A DNA stretch of 64,000 nucleotides from an uncultured virus (IMG/VR IMGVR_UViG_3300047320_000352) (Duplodnaviria > Heunggongvirae > Uroviricota > Caudoviricetes), in IMG/VR virus record IMGVR_UViG_3300047320_000352, one strand, 5' to 3'. How positions within the stretch are numbered: position 1 is the stretch's first letter; each line of letters begins with the position of its first letter. Positions 19,382-29,515 of the stretch are shown piece after piece. Made by a program: the position numbers and the translations under genes. The notes under the pieces are model-generated. The model saw only the letters and a program-made list of their open reading frames with translations. It had not been told where the DNA came from and did not search any database.

Positions 19382-19402
19382 GCGAAATACAAGGAATACA
19401 CG

Positions 19403-19843
19403 ATGAATCTGGGTGACCAACTCAAGGCTGCGACGGTTGTGGAATCGGAATTTGCGCGACGGGCAGCGCTGCTGAAGGCAGCTGACGATGGCGAGAAGAA
19501 TCTCGAGAAGACGTTGTTCGCACAGCACTTCTTCGACCACGCTTACCACATCTTCGCGCATCGCCTGATGAATGAACAGTTGCCGGGAAAGATGAAGCTC
19601 GGCGGACCGACGTTCCGCGAGGCCGCGACCGCACTCGGAACTTCGAGCTGGCACATCCCGGTCGGCGTTGGCTGTCACGGACATGCGGGTGGCCGCGGTG
19701 TCTGGTCAGCGGGCCATCCGTTGTTCCACGTCTGGAATGAGTTCCTCGAACGCTGCAAGGCGGCCGGGCTCGAACCGGAATGGTCGTCCAGCTATAACGG
19801 CAATGAGTCCTGGTACGAACTGACGGTCACGGCGGCGGCCTGA
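19403..19843 (+). CDS. hypothetical protein, paralog of 55887..56315
   Basis: AAGGA RBS; shared NLG..LK, VW.EF and SWYEL motifs. Confidence 0.75.
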   Translation: MNLGDQLKAATVVESEFARRAALLKAADDGEKNLEKTLFAQHFFDHAYHIFAHRLMNEQLPGKMKLGGPTFREAATALGTSSWHIPVGVGCHGHAGGRGVWSAGHPLFHVWNEFLERCKAAGLEPEWSSSYNGNESWYELTVTAAA

Positions 19844-19845
19844 GT

Positions 19846-20259
19846 ATGCACCACGAAGATGACGTCGCCCGCCAGGTGTTCCGTGCTGCATGGGTCGGCC
19901 ACGTTCAGCAAGTCGCGAGGCGTGCTCCGGTGCAGGATTACGATGGGACGATTCCGTGGGCGCTGCACCTCGAAGCCTACGAGGTGTACTGCAAGCGCTA
20001 CCGTCCTCAGCCGCGCCTGATTGAAGGAAACTGCCGCGGAGGATTCAGCGCCGGCGAGCTCGATGACTTCATTCCTGGCTGGCGCGCGAGGGTGTCGGTC
20101 GCCGCGGTGGGCCGGCCAGGTGATGAGGGCCGGGTGTGTAGCGCCTTCGTGAAATTCATCGAGGCCACGGGTGTGGCGCCTGGCGCCGCGGTGGCCACCG
20201 CTTTCATTCAAGCCACGCTGCCATTGATTGCAGACCAGATGGCTACGTCCGGAACCTGA
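19846..20259 (+). CDS. hypothetical protein
   Basis: 2-nt gap after the previous gene. Confidence 0.65.
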   Translation: MHHEDDVARQVFRAAWVGHVQQVARRAPVQDYDGTIPWALHLEAYEVYCKRYRPQPRLIEGNCRGGFSAGELDDFIPGWRARVSVAAVGRPGDEGRVCSAFVKFIEATGVAPGAAVATAFIQATLPLIADQMATSGT

Positions 20260-20270
20260 GTGTCTACGAG

Positions 20271-20654
20271 GTGGTTATGAAAAAGCTTCTTCCCCACGCC
20301 AAACCGATGTCGGTGTGCCTGGCCATGGTGTTCGGCCTGGCGATGTATCTCATCGTTGCGGCGCCTCTCTTGCCGGCGATTGCCCAGCATGCAGGCTCGG
20401 CGTCGGCGTTCGTGTTTGGACTTGTCGGCATCAGCGCAGCGACTGTTTTCTTCGGCTGCGTGGTGTTCTTTCTGGCGCTGGCAGCGCTTGTCGTTGCGGC
20501 CCGCGGACGGTCCTTCATCGCGTACACCCGAGTTTCGCGATGCAACAGCCTGGCGGGTTGGCTCTGCGCCAGCTGGAATTTCTTCGGCGCCGGCGGACAG
20601 CAGGAAGGCGTACGGTTCTTCGGTCTCGAAGTCGCGCTGCAAGGCCGGCTGTAA
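20271..20654 (+). CDS. membrane protein
   Basis: Two long hydrophobic segments. Confidence 0.65.
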   Translation: MVMKKLLPHAKPMSVCLAMVFGLAMYLIVAAPLLPAIAQHAGSASAFVFGLVGISAATVFFGCVVFFLALAALVVAARGRSFIAYTRVSRCNSLAGWLCASWNFFGAGGQQEGVRFFGLEVALQGRL

Positions 20655-20670
20655 CCGCGGCCGCGCCCCC

Positions 20671-21150
20671 ATGTCTGTCATTCCCAACCTCGAGCTTTCG
20701 CGCGAACGGGCGTTTCAGCTGTCGAACGACCTGCGTGCGCATGTCGAGACCTTCGACTCGAACCAGACCGACGTGCATCATGGCCCGGTCGAGCTGACAG
20801 TGATGGGTATCACGCCCGACATCGTGCAAGCGAAAGAGGCGTGGCCACACCGGGACCCTCACTGGGAGGGTTATGTGTTCTTCACGATGACCGCCGACGG
20901 CAGCATGTACGATTTCGGGACGTCGACCAGACCGGATGGCATCATCGTTCATCCAGGCAAGGTGTTTCGCGTCGACCCGCTCGAGCTGCACTGGCTTCGC
21001 CCGGACCCGACGGTCTCGTACACGTGGACGGCGCTTCAATGGGTGGTGCCGCTCGAGCAGGAGCCAGCCTTCGTCGATGCCCTGGCTGCCGCCATCCGCG
21101 CCTGGAACGAGCCCGGCTTTGAACTTCCGGTTCTCGAATTCCGAAGCTAG
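20671..21150 (+). CDS. hypothetical protein, possible cupin/2OG-Fe(II) fold
   Basis: WPHRDPHW (HxD) and distal ELHWL. Confidence 0.6.
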   Translation: MSVIPNLELSRERAFQLSNDLRAHVETFDSNQTDVHHGPVELTVMGITPDIVQAKEAWPHRDPHWEGYVFFTMTADGSMYDFGTSTRPDGIIVHPGKVFRVDPLELHWLRPDPTVSYTWTALQWVVPLEQEPAFVDALAAAIRAWNEPGFELPVLEFRS

Positions 21151-21198
21151 TTTGAGCCGGATTAATCACATTCGCAGTGGAGAATTCAGGAGAATCAG

Positions 21199-21471
21199 AT
21201 GTTCAACATTCCAGCCAACGCTCGAAGCGTGAATATTGCGCAACTGTATGCGCGTCACCGGCCGTCGGGCGCGGACCGGGCAATCCAGCTTGCGAGCGAG
21301 CGCGCAGCGGAAATGGCGGCGCGCATCTCGGTGGCGCGTGCTGACTCGACGCGCGTCATGAATGAGCTGATGCGGCGGCAGTTCGAGCAGGCGGATAAGA
21401 TTGCTTCTGTGAGTCGCCTTTTTGTTGGTTCGACGCAAAATGCACTTGGCAATTGCACGCAGAAATGTTAG
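21199..21471 (+). CDS. hypothetical protein
   Basis: AGGAG RBS. Confidence 0.6.
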   Translation: MFNIPANARSVNIAQLYARHRPSGADRAIQLASERAAEMAARISVARADSTRVMNELMRRQFEQADKIASVSRLFVGSTQNALGNCTQKC

Positions 21472-21550
21472 GACCCGCTTGGTCGATTTTGCGTTATGTG
21501 ATATACTGCGTCCCAACAGTTAACAAGGCATCACCAGGAAGAGACCAGAC

Positions 21551-22039
21551 ATGAACTTCTTCACCCGTATCGACTACATGAGCCTGAAGCCGGGCAACAA
21601 GACCGCAGGTTTTTTCCTCGCGGTCGCGGTGTCTGCGCTGAAGACGCTCGGCACGGTGCAGGTCACGGATGAAGAGCGTGCGCGCCTGCTCGAAGACGCA
21701 AAGACGCGGGTTCGCCGCGCGGAGCTGCTTCCCGCCGAGCTGGTCGAGGAGTGCGGTCTGGAGCTGCTTTCCGGCAGCGGGATTCCGCGATACTTCTGGG
21801 TGAACCAGATGTTCGGAGGCAGCCTCGGCGCCAATCCTGATGAGCTGGACAAGGTCTCGCGACCCGACCAGGCCGACTGGCTGGGCGAAGAGATGATGTA
21901 CACGCCGCATAACGTAGATGCGCCCAAGCAGGCGCTGGTGCTCATGATTCTGGTCCAGACCTGGGCAGAATGGGCATGGGGCAAAATTCTGGTCGCAGAG
22001 CACGCGCTGCTGCGGCAGGAAAAGGAGAATAAATCATGA
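21551..22039 (+). CDS. hypothetical protein
   Basis: Promoter TTGGTC-17-TATACT (21479-21507); coupled to the next ORF. Confidence 0.75.
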   Translation: MNFFTRIDYMSLKPGNKTAGFFLAVAVSALKTLGTVQVTDEERARLLEDAKTRVRRAELLPAELVEECGLELLSGSGIPRYFWVNQMFGGSLGANPDELDKVSRPDQADWLGEEMMYTPHNVDAPKQALVLMILVQTWAEWAWGKILVAEHALLRQEKENKS

Positions 22040-22254
22040 CCGTTCGACGGCTCGACGACCTGCGCGCAGCCGTACTGGGTATCGGCGGCGCGCTGGCGGT
22101 GTACTACGGCTTTGCCACCACCCAGGTGCTCGCCGGCAACAGCTCGCTGGACCGGCCGGTGACCTGGCTGGGACTCGTTGCTGGTGTCGCTGCTCTGGGA
22201 TGGGTCCTGACGTCGGGCATCTCGGCCCGACGCCGGAACCAGGCAGGCCTGTGA
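22036..22254 (+). CDS. small two-TM membrane protein
   Basis: AAGGAG RBS; two hydrophobic helices. Confidence 0.7.
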   Translation: MTVRRLDDLRAAVLGIGGALAVYYGFATTQVLAGNSSLDRPVTWLGLVAGVAALGWVLTSGISARRRNQAGL

Positions 22255-22466
22255 TGCAGCTGAAGACCAACATCGAGCCGATGGACCCGGGTGTCTGCAC
22301 TCCTGGCTATTCGAAGGGCTGGAAGTACGCGGAGTGGTTTCTGTCGATGGGTGGCGCCACGCAGGCTGACGCGCCAGACAACTGGGCAGAGGACCGCGTC
22401 AATGGATTCAGCGACCGGCTCGTGCGAGAGCGCGATGTGCGGGCCGCGGTACCGCAACTGCAGTAA
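22254..22466 (+). CDS. hypothetical protein
   Basis: TGATG overlap with the previous gene. Confidence 0.65.
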   Translation: MQLKTNIEPMDPGVCTPGYSKGWKYAEWFLSMGGATQADAPDNWAEDRVNGFSDRLVRERDVRAAVPQLQ

Positions 22467-22536
22467 GCAACGGGGCCAGCAAGCCCCGTTTTCTATTTGA
22501 GGCTACGTTTTCGGCGCGGATGCAAAGGAGAGGGCG

Positions 22537-22803
22537 ATGAAGGAAAAATACATCAATGAGGCGTACCCGGAGTGGATGGTGTTTGGGGCGTATCCGAACG
22601 GGAACGTGAACCTGACGGATGCCAACAGCGCCTTCGACGCCGAGATGTCCGCGGCCGCCGCAGACGCCATCCTGAAGCAGCATCAACACCTGTACCGTGC
22701 TTTCGTGCGCATGGCTTCCGCCTTCGAAGCGGCATCTCCTGAAGCTTTCAAGCAGTTCTGGTATGGCGGCGGACGCACAGACGTACAGCCGAATCAGCCG
22801 TAG
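22537..22803 (+). CDS. hypothetical protein
   Basis: AAGGAG RBS. Confidence 0.7.
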   Translation: MKEKYINEAYPEWMVFGAYPNGNVNLTDANSAFDAEMSAAAADAILKQHQHLYRAFVRMASAFEAASPEAFKQFWYGGGRTDVQPNQP

Positions 22804-23003
22804 CCCGCGATAGTCCCCTGCCAGCGCTCCTCCTTCCCGGCAAATGCGTCGTCGTCGCGCGATTCTGCCAATTCCCGATTCCTATACTGAACGTTGCAGC
22901 TTGACACGGAAAGTTAACTCTTCCGTGCCATTCACGCAAACAGCTTAAATTGTGATATACTACTTGCGTCCAATTCAAAACCTTCGTAAGTGTAATTCGC
23001 ACT

Positions 23004-23438
23004 ATGCCTAACTCCACCCTGCGTGTTCTGCCGTCGTTCGCCTGGCACGTGGCTCAGCTGCTGAGCTTTCAGCACGACGGTCGCGGTTTGCCCCGTAACG
23101 GCAGCCCGTCGCTGATGTTGATGGTGGGACTCAAGCTGGCGCTGACCTGCATGGTCATCACGATGATGATGCCCGAGGTGGGGGTGGTATCTGGTTTCCT
23201 GAAGTCGCTCATGGCGGTTGCCGCGCTCTATGCGTGCGCCAGCGCTTCGCGACGGTTTTACGCGTTCTCGGGCTATCTGTTGCTGTGGTCGGGAGTCGAT
23301 GTCGGTCTGCTGGTACTGAACCTGGCAGTCGACCACGTCCCGGAGGCATTCATCACGACCTGCTATGCCTGGGGTCTTTCAGCTTTTATCGTGCTGCTCA
23401 TGCGGGCAGCGACACTACATGAGAAAAACACAAGTTAA
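23004..23438 (+). CDS. multi-pass membrane protein
   Basis: About four hydrophobic segments; TGATATACT upstream. Confidence 0.7.
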   Translation: MPNSTLRVLPSFAWHVAQLLSFQHDGRGLPRNGSPSLMLMVGLKLALTCMVITMMMPEVGVVSGFLKSLMAVAALYACASASRRFYAFSGYLLLWSGVDVGLLVLNLAVDHVPEAFITTCYAWGLSAFIVLLMRAATLHEKNTS

Positions 23439-23474
23439 TAATCGCGCTTTGGCGCCCCATGGAGAGGTGCGCTG

Positions 23475-25490
23475 ATGCTTCGCCGCAAATTTTCCTCTAA
23501 CGACAGCCTCGACGGCATCATCCTCAGCGTCGACCCCCGCAGCCAGGGCCCAGCGCATCTGCCCGTCGTCAAGCCGCATGTGAAGGTCGCGGCACTCTCC
23601 GGTACCGTCTCTCTCAACCCCCGCGGTTTCGGTTTCATCACCGGCACCGACGGCGAGTCGTACTTCCTGCGCGCGAATCTCGCGCGGTTCCTCCTCACTG
23701 GTGATACGGTCCGGTTCATTCCGCTCGAAGGCGGAGATGGTGACAGCCGCGAAGTTCGCGCGCTCTCTTCGGTCTCGCGGCCGGCGGGGCGCCTGCTGTG
23801 CGAAGTGCATCAGGTGGCCGACCTCACACACCTGGTTCCGGATGACCCGTGCTTCCTCCCGCTGCAGCTCGCTGCCGGCGAGGCCATGGCGCATGTGCCG
23901 GGCGACGTCGTCGCCGTGCGCGTGCCGGCATACGAAGGTGCGCCGATTGCCCGGCCGCTGAACGTCACGCTCGAGCGCAATCTCGGTCCGCGTACGCGGG
24001 AAGGCTTTGACCTCGACTACGCGCTCGTGCGCTTCCAGTTCGACGAAGTGATGTCGGAAGACCTCGTGTCATTGCGAGGCCTGGCTGCCAGCGAGCTCGA
24101 TGCGCCGGACGGAAGTGACATCCCCTTTGTCACTATCGACGGCGAGAGCACGCGTGACTTCGATGATGCTGTCTACGGCCGCGCGCTGCCTCACGGTGGC
24201 TGGGAAGTCCAGGTGGCCATCGCGGATGTCTCCTGGTACGTCACAGAGGACTCCGACCTCGACAAGTGGTCGGCCAAGCGCTGCACGTCGCTCTACCTGC
24301 CGGGCCGCACGTATCCGATGTTGCCTGAGGGTCTGTCGACGGACCGCTGCTCGCTCGTTCCGGGCAAGCCGCGGCGCGCAGTCGTGCTGAAGCTCGAGCT
24401 GGATGCTGCCGGTAACGTCGTCAAGACCGAGCTCGAGCGCACGCTCATCGAGTCCGCAGCTCGGCTGACGTACACACAGGTCGCGGGCTTTATGGCCAAC
24501 AAGCCGGATGTACGTTTCGCCATGCATGTCGAGCACAGCTTGCAGGCGCTGACCGATGTCTACGGCGTACTCTCCGAGCGTCGCGAGAAGGCAGGGCGCC
24601 TCGATTTCGACGAGCCGGAGCCGACGATGGTGCAGGCCGAGGATGGCACGTGGTCGTTGAAGTGGGAAAGCCGCAACGATGCGCACAAGCTCGTCGAAGA
24701 GCTGATGCTGCTCGCGAACCGCACCGCGGCCGCGATGCTCATCAAGCGCTATGGGGCGGGTCTCTTCCGCTTCCAGCCGGCGCCGGACGCACAGGCCTGG
24801 GGCGAACTCAAGGACTGGGCGTTTGCGCACAGCTTCACACTGCCGGATGCACCGAGCCTGCGCGCGATGTCGGAGCTCGTATCGTCGCAGCCGGACGCCG
24901 AAGCACAGGCCGCTGCCTCGCTCAAGATTCGCTCGGCGATGCAGCCGGCGCGCTACGTGGTTCAGCGCAGCACAGAGCAGGGTGGTCACTTCTCGCTCTC
25001 CGTGGACTGGTACACCCACTTCACAAGCCCGATTCGTCGGTATGCCGACCTGCTCGTGCACCGTCTGCTGCTGGCGCCGGAAGGCCATCAGCTTTCGGCT
25101 GCAGACTGGGCCGCGCTATCCGCACAGGTGGAGCACTGCTCCGAACGGGCGCACGGGGCACGCCTCGCGGAGCGTATGGTCTGGGACCGCCTGAAGCTGC
25201 AAAGCTTCATGACGGCGAACTCGAACGAGGATGTCGTGGCGGCGCGCATCGTGCGCACCAACCAGCGTGGTCTTCGCGTGGTGGTATCCGGCTGGCAGTG
25301 CAGTGCCTGGCTGCCTGCGGCTGACCTGCGCGAAAACGGACACCAGTGGCTCGACGATGTCTGGGTCGGCGGCGACCCGGGCGCGGCGCGGGTGCTCAAC
25401 GAGGGCGTACAGGTTGCGGTTTCCTGGACGTCGCTGTCCCTGGCTCGACCTGCATATCCGGAATTGCAGGTGAAACTGAACAGGGGGTAA
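23475..25490 (+). CDS. rnr: RNase R / RNase II family exoribonuclease
   Basis: N-terminal CSD (RGFGFI), TIDGESTRDFDDAV, LVEELMLLAN and YTHFTSPIRRYADLLVHR motifs. Confidence 0.92.
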   Translation: MLRRKFSSNDSLDGIILSVDPRSQGPAHLPVVKPHVKVAALSGTVSLNPRGFGFITGTDGESYFLRANLARFLLTGDTVRFIPLEGGDGDSREVRALSSVSRPAGRLLCEVHQVADLTHLVPDDPCFLPLQLAAGEAMAHVPGDVVAVRVPAYEGAPIARPLNVTLERNLGPRTREGFDLDYALVRFQFDEVMSEDLVSLRGLAASELDAPDGSDIPFVTIDGESTRDFDDAVYGRALPHGGWEVQVAIADVSWYVTEDSDLDKWSAKRCTSLYLPGRTYPMLPEGLSTDRCSLVPGKPRRAVVLKLELDAAGNVVKTELERTLIESAARLTYTQVAGFMANKPDVRFAMHVEHSLQALTDVYGVLSERREKAGRLDFDEPEPTMVQAEDGTWSLKWESRNDAHKLVEELMLLANRTAAAMLIKRYGAGLFRFQPAPDAQAWGELKDWAFAHSFTLPDAPSLRAMSELVSSQPDAEAQAAASLKIRSAMQPARYVVQRSTEQGGHFSLSVDWYTHFTSPIRRYADLLVHRLLLAPEGHQLSAADWAALSAQVEHCSERAHGARLAERMVWDRLKLQSFMTANSNEDVVAARIVRTNQRGLRVVVSGWQCSAWLPAADLRENGHQWLDDVWVGGDPGAARVLNEGVQVAVSWTSLSLARPAYPELQVKLNRG

Positions 25491-25493
25491 CCG

Positions 25494-26183
25494 ATGACGG
25501 CTATCCCGATGATTCAGACTTCCACCTTCTCGGCCCGGTTGACGAGCCTGCTCTCCGGGGTACTGATGAGCGCGGTCGCGCTCGCGAGCATCCCGGGACT
25601 CGACTATACGACGCACCTGCCTTTCGGTCTCGAGCGCACACAAGTCGAAGTGGTGACCCAGGTTACGGATGCGAAACCCGTCCCGCAGACGACGTTGCCG
25701 TTCAACCAGGGCACCGTGGCGAACTATCTCTCGCGCGAGTGGAACCTGGATGGCTCCTACGCCAGCCAGGTCGCCTCAGCCGTCCTCTCGGCTTCCCAGC
25801 GCCACGGCGTGGACCCGTTGCTCCTCATGGCGGTGGCGGCGACCGAATCGTCGTTCAACCACAAGGTAGGCAACCCCGGAGGCGGTCAGGACCCGATGAA
25901 GCCCTTCGGCATCATGCAGGTGGCCGGGCGCTACCACACGGACCTCTTTCCCGGCGGCAACGTGAAGGCGACCTCCGTCGGCGAGAACGTAGACATCGGT
26001 GCTCAGGTGCTCAAGGAGTATCTCGAGAACGAGGGTGGCAACGAGCGGCGCGCGCTCCTGCGCTACAACGGTTCTCTCCATGTGAGCGACAAATATTTTC
26101 GACGCGTGAATGAGCTCAAACGGCGCCTGATGCGCGGCCTGATGGCGCAGCGCAGTATCGACGATGATGATGAGCCTGCGTAA
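25494..26183 (+). CDS. SLT-family lytic transglycosylase
   Basis: LLMAVAATESSFN, GIMQV, NVDIGAQVL and ALLRYNG motifs; N-terminal hydrophobic anchor. Confidence 0.9.
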   Translation: MTAIPMIQTSTFSARLTSLLSGVLMSAVALASIPGLDYTTHLPFGLERTQVEVVTQVTDAKPVPQTTLPFNQGTVANYLSREWNLDGSYASQVASAVLSASQRHGVDPLLLMAVAATESSFNHKVGNPGGGQDPMKPFGIMQVAGRYHTDLFPGGNVKATSVGENVDIGAQVLKEYLENEGGNERRALLRYNGSLHVSDKYFRRVNELKRRLMRGLMAQRSIDDDDEPA

Positions 26184-26211
26184 GCGCTTGAGGACAAAAG
26201 CATTCCCAATC

Positions 26212-26241
26212 AACGGCAACCTCGGGTTGCCGTTTTCTTTT
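26212..26241 (+). terminator. Rho-independent terminator
   Basis: AACGGCAACC/GGTTGCCGTT stem followed by a T-run. Confidence 0.85.
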
Positions 26242-26377
26242 GCACTTCAGTGTTGACATCGGGCTGGAAACGAGAGTTTGAAAAGCAGTTGCGAAAACTC
26301 TATTTCATGCTATACTATTTCTCATCGCAGTCGAACAAATCTCTGCGACCCGAAACCTACACTGGAGTAACACTAGC

Positions 26378-26665
26378 ATGACCACCCCGACGTTCAACAT
26401 GAAAGACCTGTCCGATGCTGTCGCCGAGCGTTTCGACCTGACGCATCAAGCCGGCGCCGAAGTCGCGCGCTTCGTGTTCGACCGAATCAAGGACGAACTG
26501 GCAGCAGGCAAGCAAGTCCGTCTGCACAAGTTCGGCACGTTCGAAGCGCGTCAGCGCGCAGCCGGCGTTGCACGCAATCCGGTGACGGGCGACCGCATCA
26601 CGGTCCCGGCACGCCGCGTGGTCAAGCTGACGGTTTCGCCGGCACTGAAGGGCGCGCTGCACTGA
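26378..26665 (+). CDS. HU/IHF-family DNA-binding protein
   Basis: FGTFEARQRAAGVARNPVTG motif; promoter TTGCGA-16-TATACT (26289-26316). Confidence 0.93.
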   Translation: MTTPTFNMKDLSDAVAERFDLTHQAGAEVARFVFDRIKDELAAGKQVRLHKFGTFEARQRAAGVARNPVTGDRITVPARRVVKLTVSPALKGALH

Positions 26666-26786
26666 GCAGTACATCGTTGTAGGCCAGGCGCGTTCTGCGT
26701 CTGGCATCACCCCCATTTCTCGCTATACGGTTTGCTGGCGCTACGCAAGTGTCGCCGTATTTCCCCATAGAAAGGAGCTCACTCAC

Positions 26787-27548
26787 ATGAAGTTGAAACA
26801 TCTGGCCGTTGCTGCCGTAGTTGGTCTGGGTCTCGTCGGTTCCGCGATGGCGGCCGACAGCCTGGCCGGCATGAAGGCGCTGGCCCAGTCGGAAAATGGC
26901 CTGACCGTGTCGGGCGACGTGCACGCGCAGTCGTCGTATCAATACCGCGGCATGCAGTTCTCGGACGGTAACCCGTCCATCGGCGCAAGCATCACCGCGC
27001 GCCACTCGTCGGGCCTGTACGGCACCCTCGAGAGCGACACCATCAACCTGACGCCGGGCGCGTCGAACCTGCACCAGCTGCAAAACCAGGTGACCGTCGG
27101 CTACGACTTCCGTCTGCCCCACGACGTGACCGTCGGCGGTGGTTTCACCCGCAACATCTTCACGGGCCAGAACCACGTGAACGACCTGTCGTTCAGTGAA
27201 GCGTTCGTCGGCGCCGACTGGAATGGTCTGTATGCGAAGGTCTCGACCGTCATCGAAAGCGCGTCGGCTCCCATCGCAGGTTTTCAGACGGGCGACACTT
27301 TCGGTGAAATCGGCTACACGTACCACCTGAACCAGTTCAGCCTGGGCGGTGACGTCGGCTACGGCCTGCACAACCACGCGGACGTTGGCCAGAAGAACGG
27401 CCTGTCGCTCGCGCAGGTTCGCGTCGGTTATTCGTTCAACGACCACGTCGACGTAGGCGTGACGTACCAGTTCGCGGGCAACGACGCGTACGGGTTCACG
27501 AACACCGGCACGCACAAGGTTTTCGGCAAGGTCGACTACAAGTTCTGA
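26787..27548 (+). CDS. outer-membrane beta-barrel protein (TorF/Gcw_chp-like putative porin)
   Basis: Signal peptide, SSYQYRGMQFSDGNPSI motif, alternating beta pattern, C-terminal Phe. Confidence 0.8.
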   Translation: MKLKHLAVAAVVGLGLVGSAMAADSLAGMKALAQSENGLTVSGDVHAQSSYQYRGMQFSDGNPSIGASITARHSSGLYGTLESDTINLTPGASNLHQLQNQVTVGYDFRLPHDVTVGGGFTRNIFTGQNHVNDLSFSEAFVGADWNGLYAKVSTVIESASAPIAGFQTGDTFGEIGYTYHLNQFSLGGDVGYGLHNHADVGQKNGLSLAQVRVGYSFNDHVDVGVTYQFAGNDAYGFTNTGTHKVFGKVDYKF

Positions 27549-27568
27549 CCACCGGCGGCTGTACGCGG

Positions 27569-27600
27569 AAAAACCCACCATTTGGAATGGTGGGTTTTTT
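27569..27600. terminator. bidirectional terminator
   Basis: AAAAACCCACCATT/AATGGTGGGTTTTT perfect inverted repeat. Confidence 0.85.
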
Positions 27601-27967
27601 GTTTTTTGGCTGTGGTATACCTAATAGTATGATGAAAGTCGACTGCGCACTCCACCTTGGACGGTTCTGTCGTGGCGCGGCAACCACAATTGTCAAGTAG
27701 CACAAATTCATCGGAATTCTCCTCCAATAGTAGTCATTTGGGAGCGGTTCCAAAAGCGTTAAAGTTCTAAAAAAAGTTGCCGTTACACACAACTATCTTG
27801 TGACGAGAGATGAATCGCCGTTGAGGAGAATTGACTGCATGAATGGGGTCAGATTGCGCCAGTTTGCGCATCGGTAAGAACGGCCTGATGCCTTGTCGTA
27901 CAAGTAGAAAAGGTTTAATCTTTTGTGTTTTTGAATCGGAGGGATTCGTCCTTCCTGGAACGTGCGT

Positions 27968-29464
27968 ATGGGTTGGCAGGCTTGGTTCAAATGGCTTGTG
28001 CCCCGGAAAAGCGGTACTGCTGTTGAGTCGTCCACATTCCCTGTCGAAGTCTTCTGGCGGTCGGTATGCAGTCTCAAGCAGCCTGTGTTGCTTGTAACCG
28101 GTGCGAGCGTACTGAATGTTCTCGCGGCAACTGAGGAAGCGCATGCGCTTCTTCGTTGTCGCAATGCGTCGGAAATCTGCAATCTGGTTCACAGCGGGCT
28201 GGACCCGCATACGCTGTCGCGTATACAGATTGCAGTTGCGAACCCGGGAAACATCGTGAACGACCTGCCAATCCGGATGCACACTTCGGATAACTACGTC
28301 ACGGTCAATGTCTCGGTTTCGGCGCTGCCGGAGTATCCGGAAAAGAACGCCGCGCTGCTCTTTCTGAAGGACAGCAAGGACGCGCTGTTTCCGGGCTGGT
28401 CGAGTCTTACTCGCGACCTCCTGTCGGCACTGCCGCATCCGTGCTGGGTCGTCGATGCCGCCGGCAGCACTGTGTTTTCGAACGCGGCGTTTGGTGGCTC
28501 TCCGATGGATGTGTTGCGTGCGCGCACGTCGTCCGGTCAGAGTCGCGACCAGGCGGAGCTTGAGCTGCTGGTTACCTTGCGGACGGACCTGAGGGACCGT
28601 CCGGCGCAGGTGCGCAATGGGGATTCGATTGCCTCGCACATTTACGACCTCGGGGTCGACGGCCGCTGGAATGTCTTGCACTTTCCGCTGACGGGCCGGG
28701 ATGGTGATGGGTTTGTCGGTGTGATGGCTCTTTCGCTTGAGCCGCGTGAAGGGATGCGCTACGTGATACAGAACGGGGCGCTTGGCAAGCAGGAGCTGCA
28801 ACGCATGCTCGCAGTGAAGGAAGCCGAGCGTACGATGCTGGCGCGCGAGATACACGACTCTCTGGGCCAGCAGTTTACGGTGCTCAAGCTCGCGATGCGC
28901 CGGCTGGACCAGCTGGTGCTGGGTTCGAACACAGCGTCCGCGGAAGCGGTCCAGCAGTTCCAGTCCGTGCGTGAGCTTGTCGACACGCTCGCCAAGGCGG
29001 CACGTCGTATCGCGTTTGAGATGCGCGAAGACAACGTGACGCTGCAGGGTCTCGCGCACTCCATTCACGAGCTGGTGTCGGACCTGCGCACCCGGCTCGG
29101 GATACAGATTCAGTTCGAGCTGGCGCCGGGCTTTGTGGAGCCGGAGCAGAAGTTGGCGCAGAACATGCACCGCAGCGTGCAGGAACTGCTCAACAACGTG
29201 AGCAAACACGCCAAAGCGAGCCGGTGTCTCGTCCGAATGGGCCTCGACGAGAACACCTACTGGCTCGAAGTGCAGGACAACGGGGTGGGCATGCCGTCCC
29301 ACGTGAAAACGCGGTCGATGGGGCTGCGTAGTATGAGAGAACGAGCGGACCTCTACGGCGGCAAGGTCAGCTTCACGACCCGGCCAGACGTCGACGGAAC
29401 GCTTGCGCGTATGGAGCTGCCCGAGCGACGTATGCACCCTGCAGGAGTACCAGCAGGGGATTAG
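27968..29464 (+). CDS. soluble sensor histidine kinase (HisKA_3 type, PAS-like input)
   Basis: ERTMLAREIHDSLGQ H-box, QELLNNVSKHA, VQDNGVG and MGLRSMRERA motifs. Confidence 0.92.
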   Translation: MGWQAWFKWLVPRKSGTAVESSTFPVEVFWRSVCSLKQPVLLVTGASVLNVLAATEEAHALLRCRNASEICNLVHSGLDPHTLSRIQIAVANPGNIVNDLPIRMHTSDNYVTVNVSVSALPEYPEKNAALLFLKDSKDALFPGWSSLTRDLLSALPHPCWVVDAAGSTVFSNAAFGGSPMDVLRARTSSGQSRDQAELELLVTLRTDLRDRPAQVRNGDSIASHIYDLGVDGRWNVLHFPLTGRDGDGFVGVMALSLEPREGMRYVIQNGALGKQELQRMLAVKEAERTMLAREIHDSLGQQFTVLKLAMRRLDQLVLGSNTASAEAVQQFQSVRELVDTLAKAARRIAFEMREDNVTLQGLAHSIHELVSDLRTRLGIQIQFELAPGFVEPEQKLAQNMHRSVQELLNNVSKHAKASRCLVRMGLDENTYWLEVQDNGVGMPSHVKTRSMGLRSMRERADLYGGKVSFTTRPDVDGTLARMELPERRMHPAGVPAGD

Positions 29465-29515
29465 TGGGGCATTCCGCGGTATTACAACAACACAAAATTG
29501 AACGAGGGATTGAGC

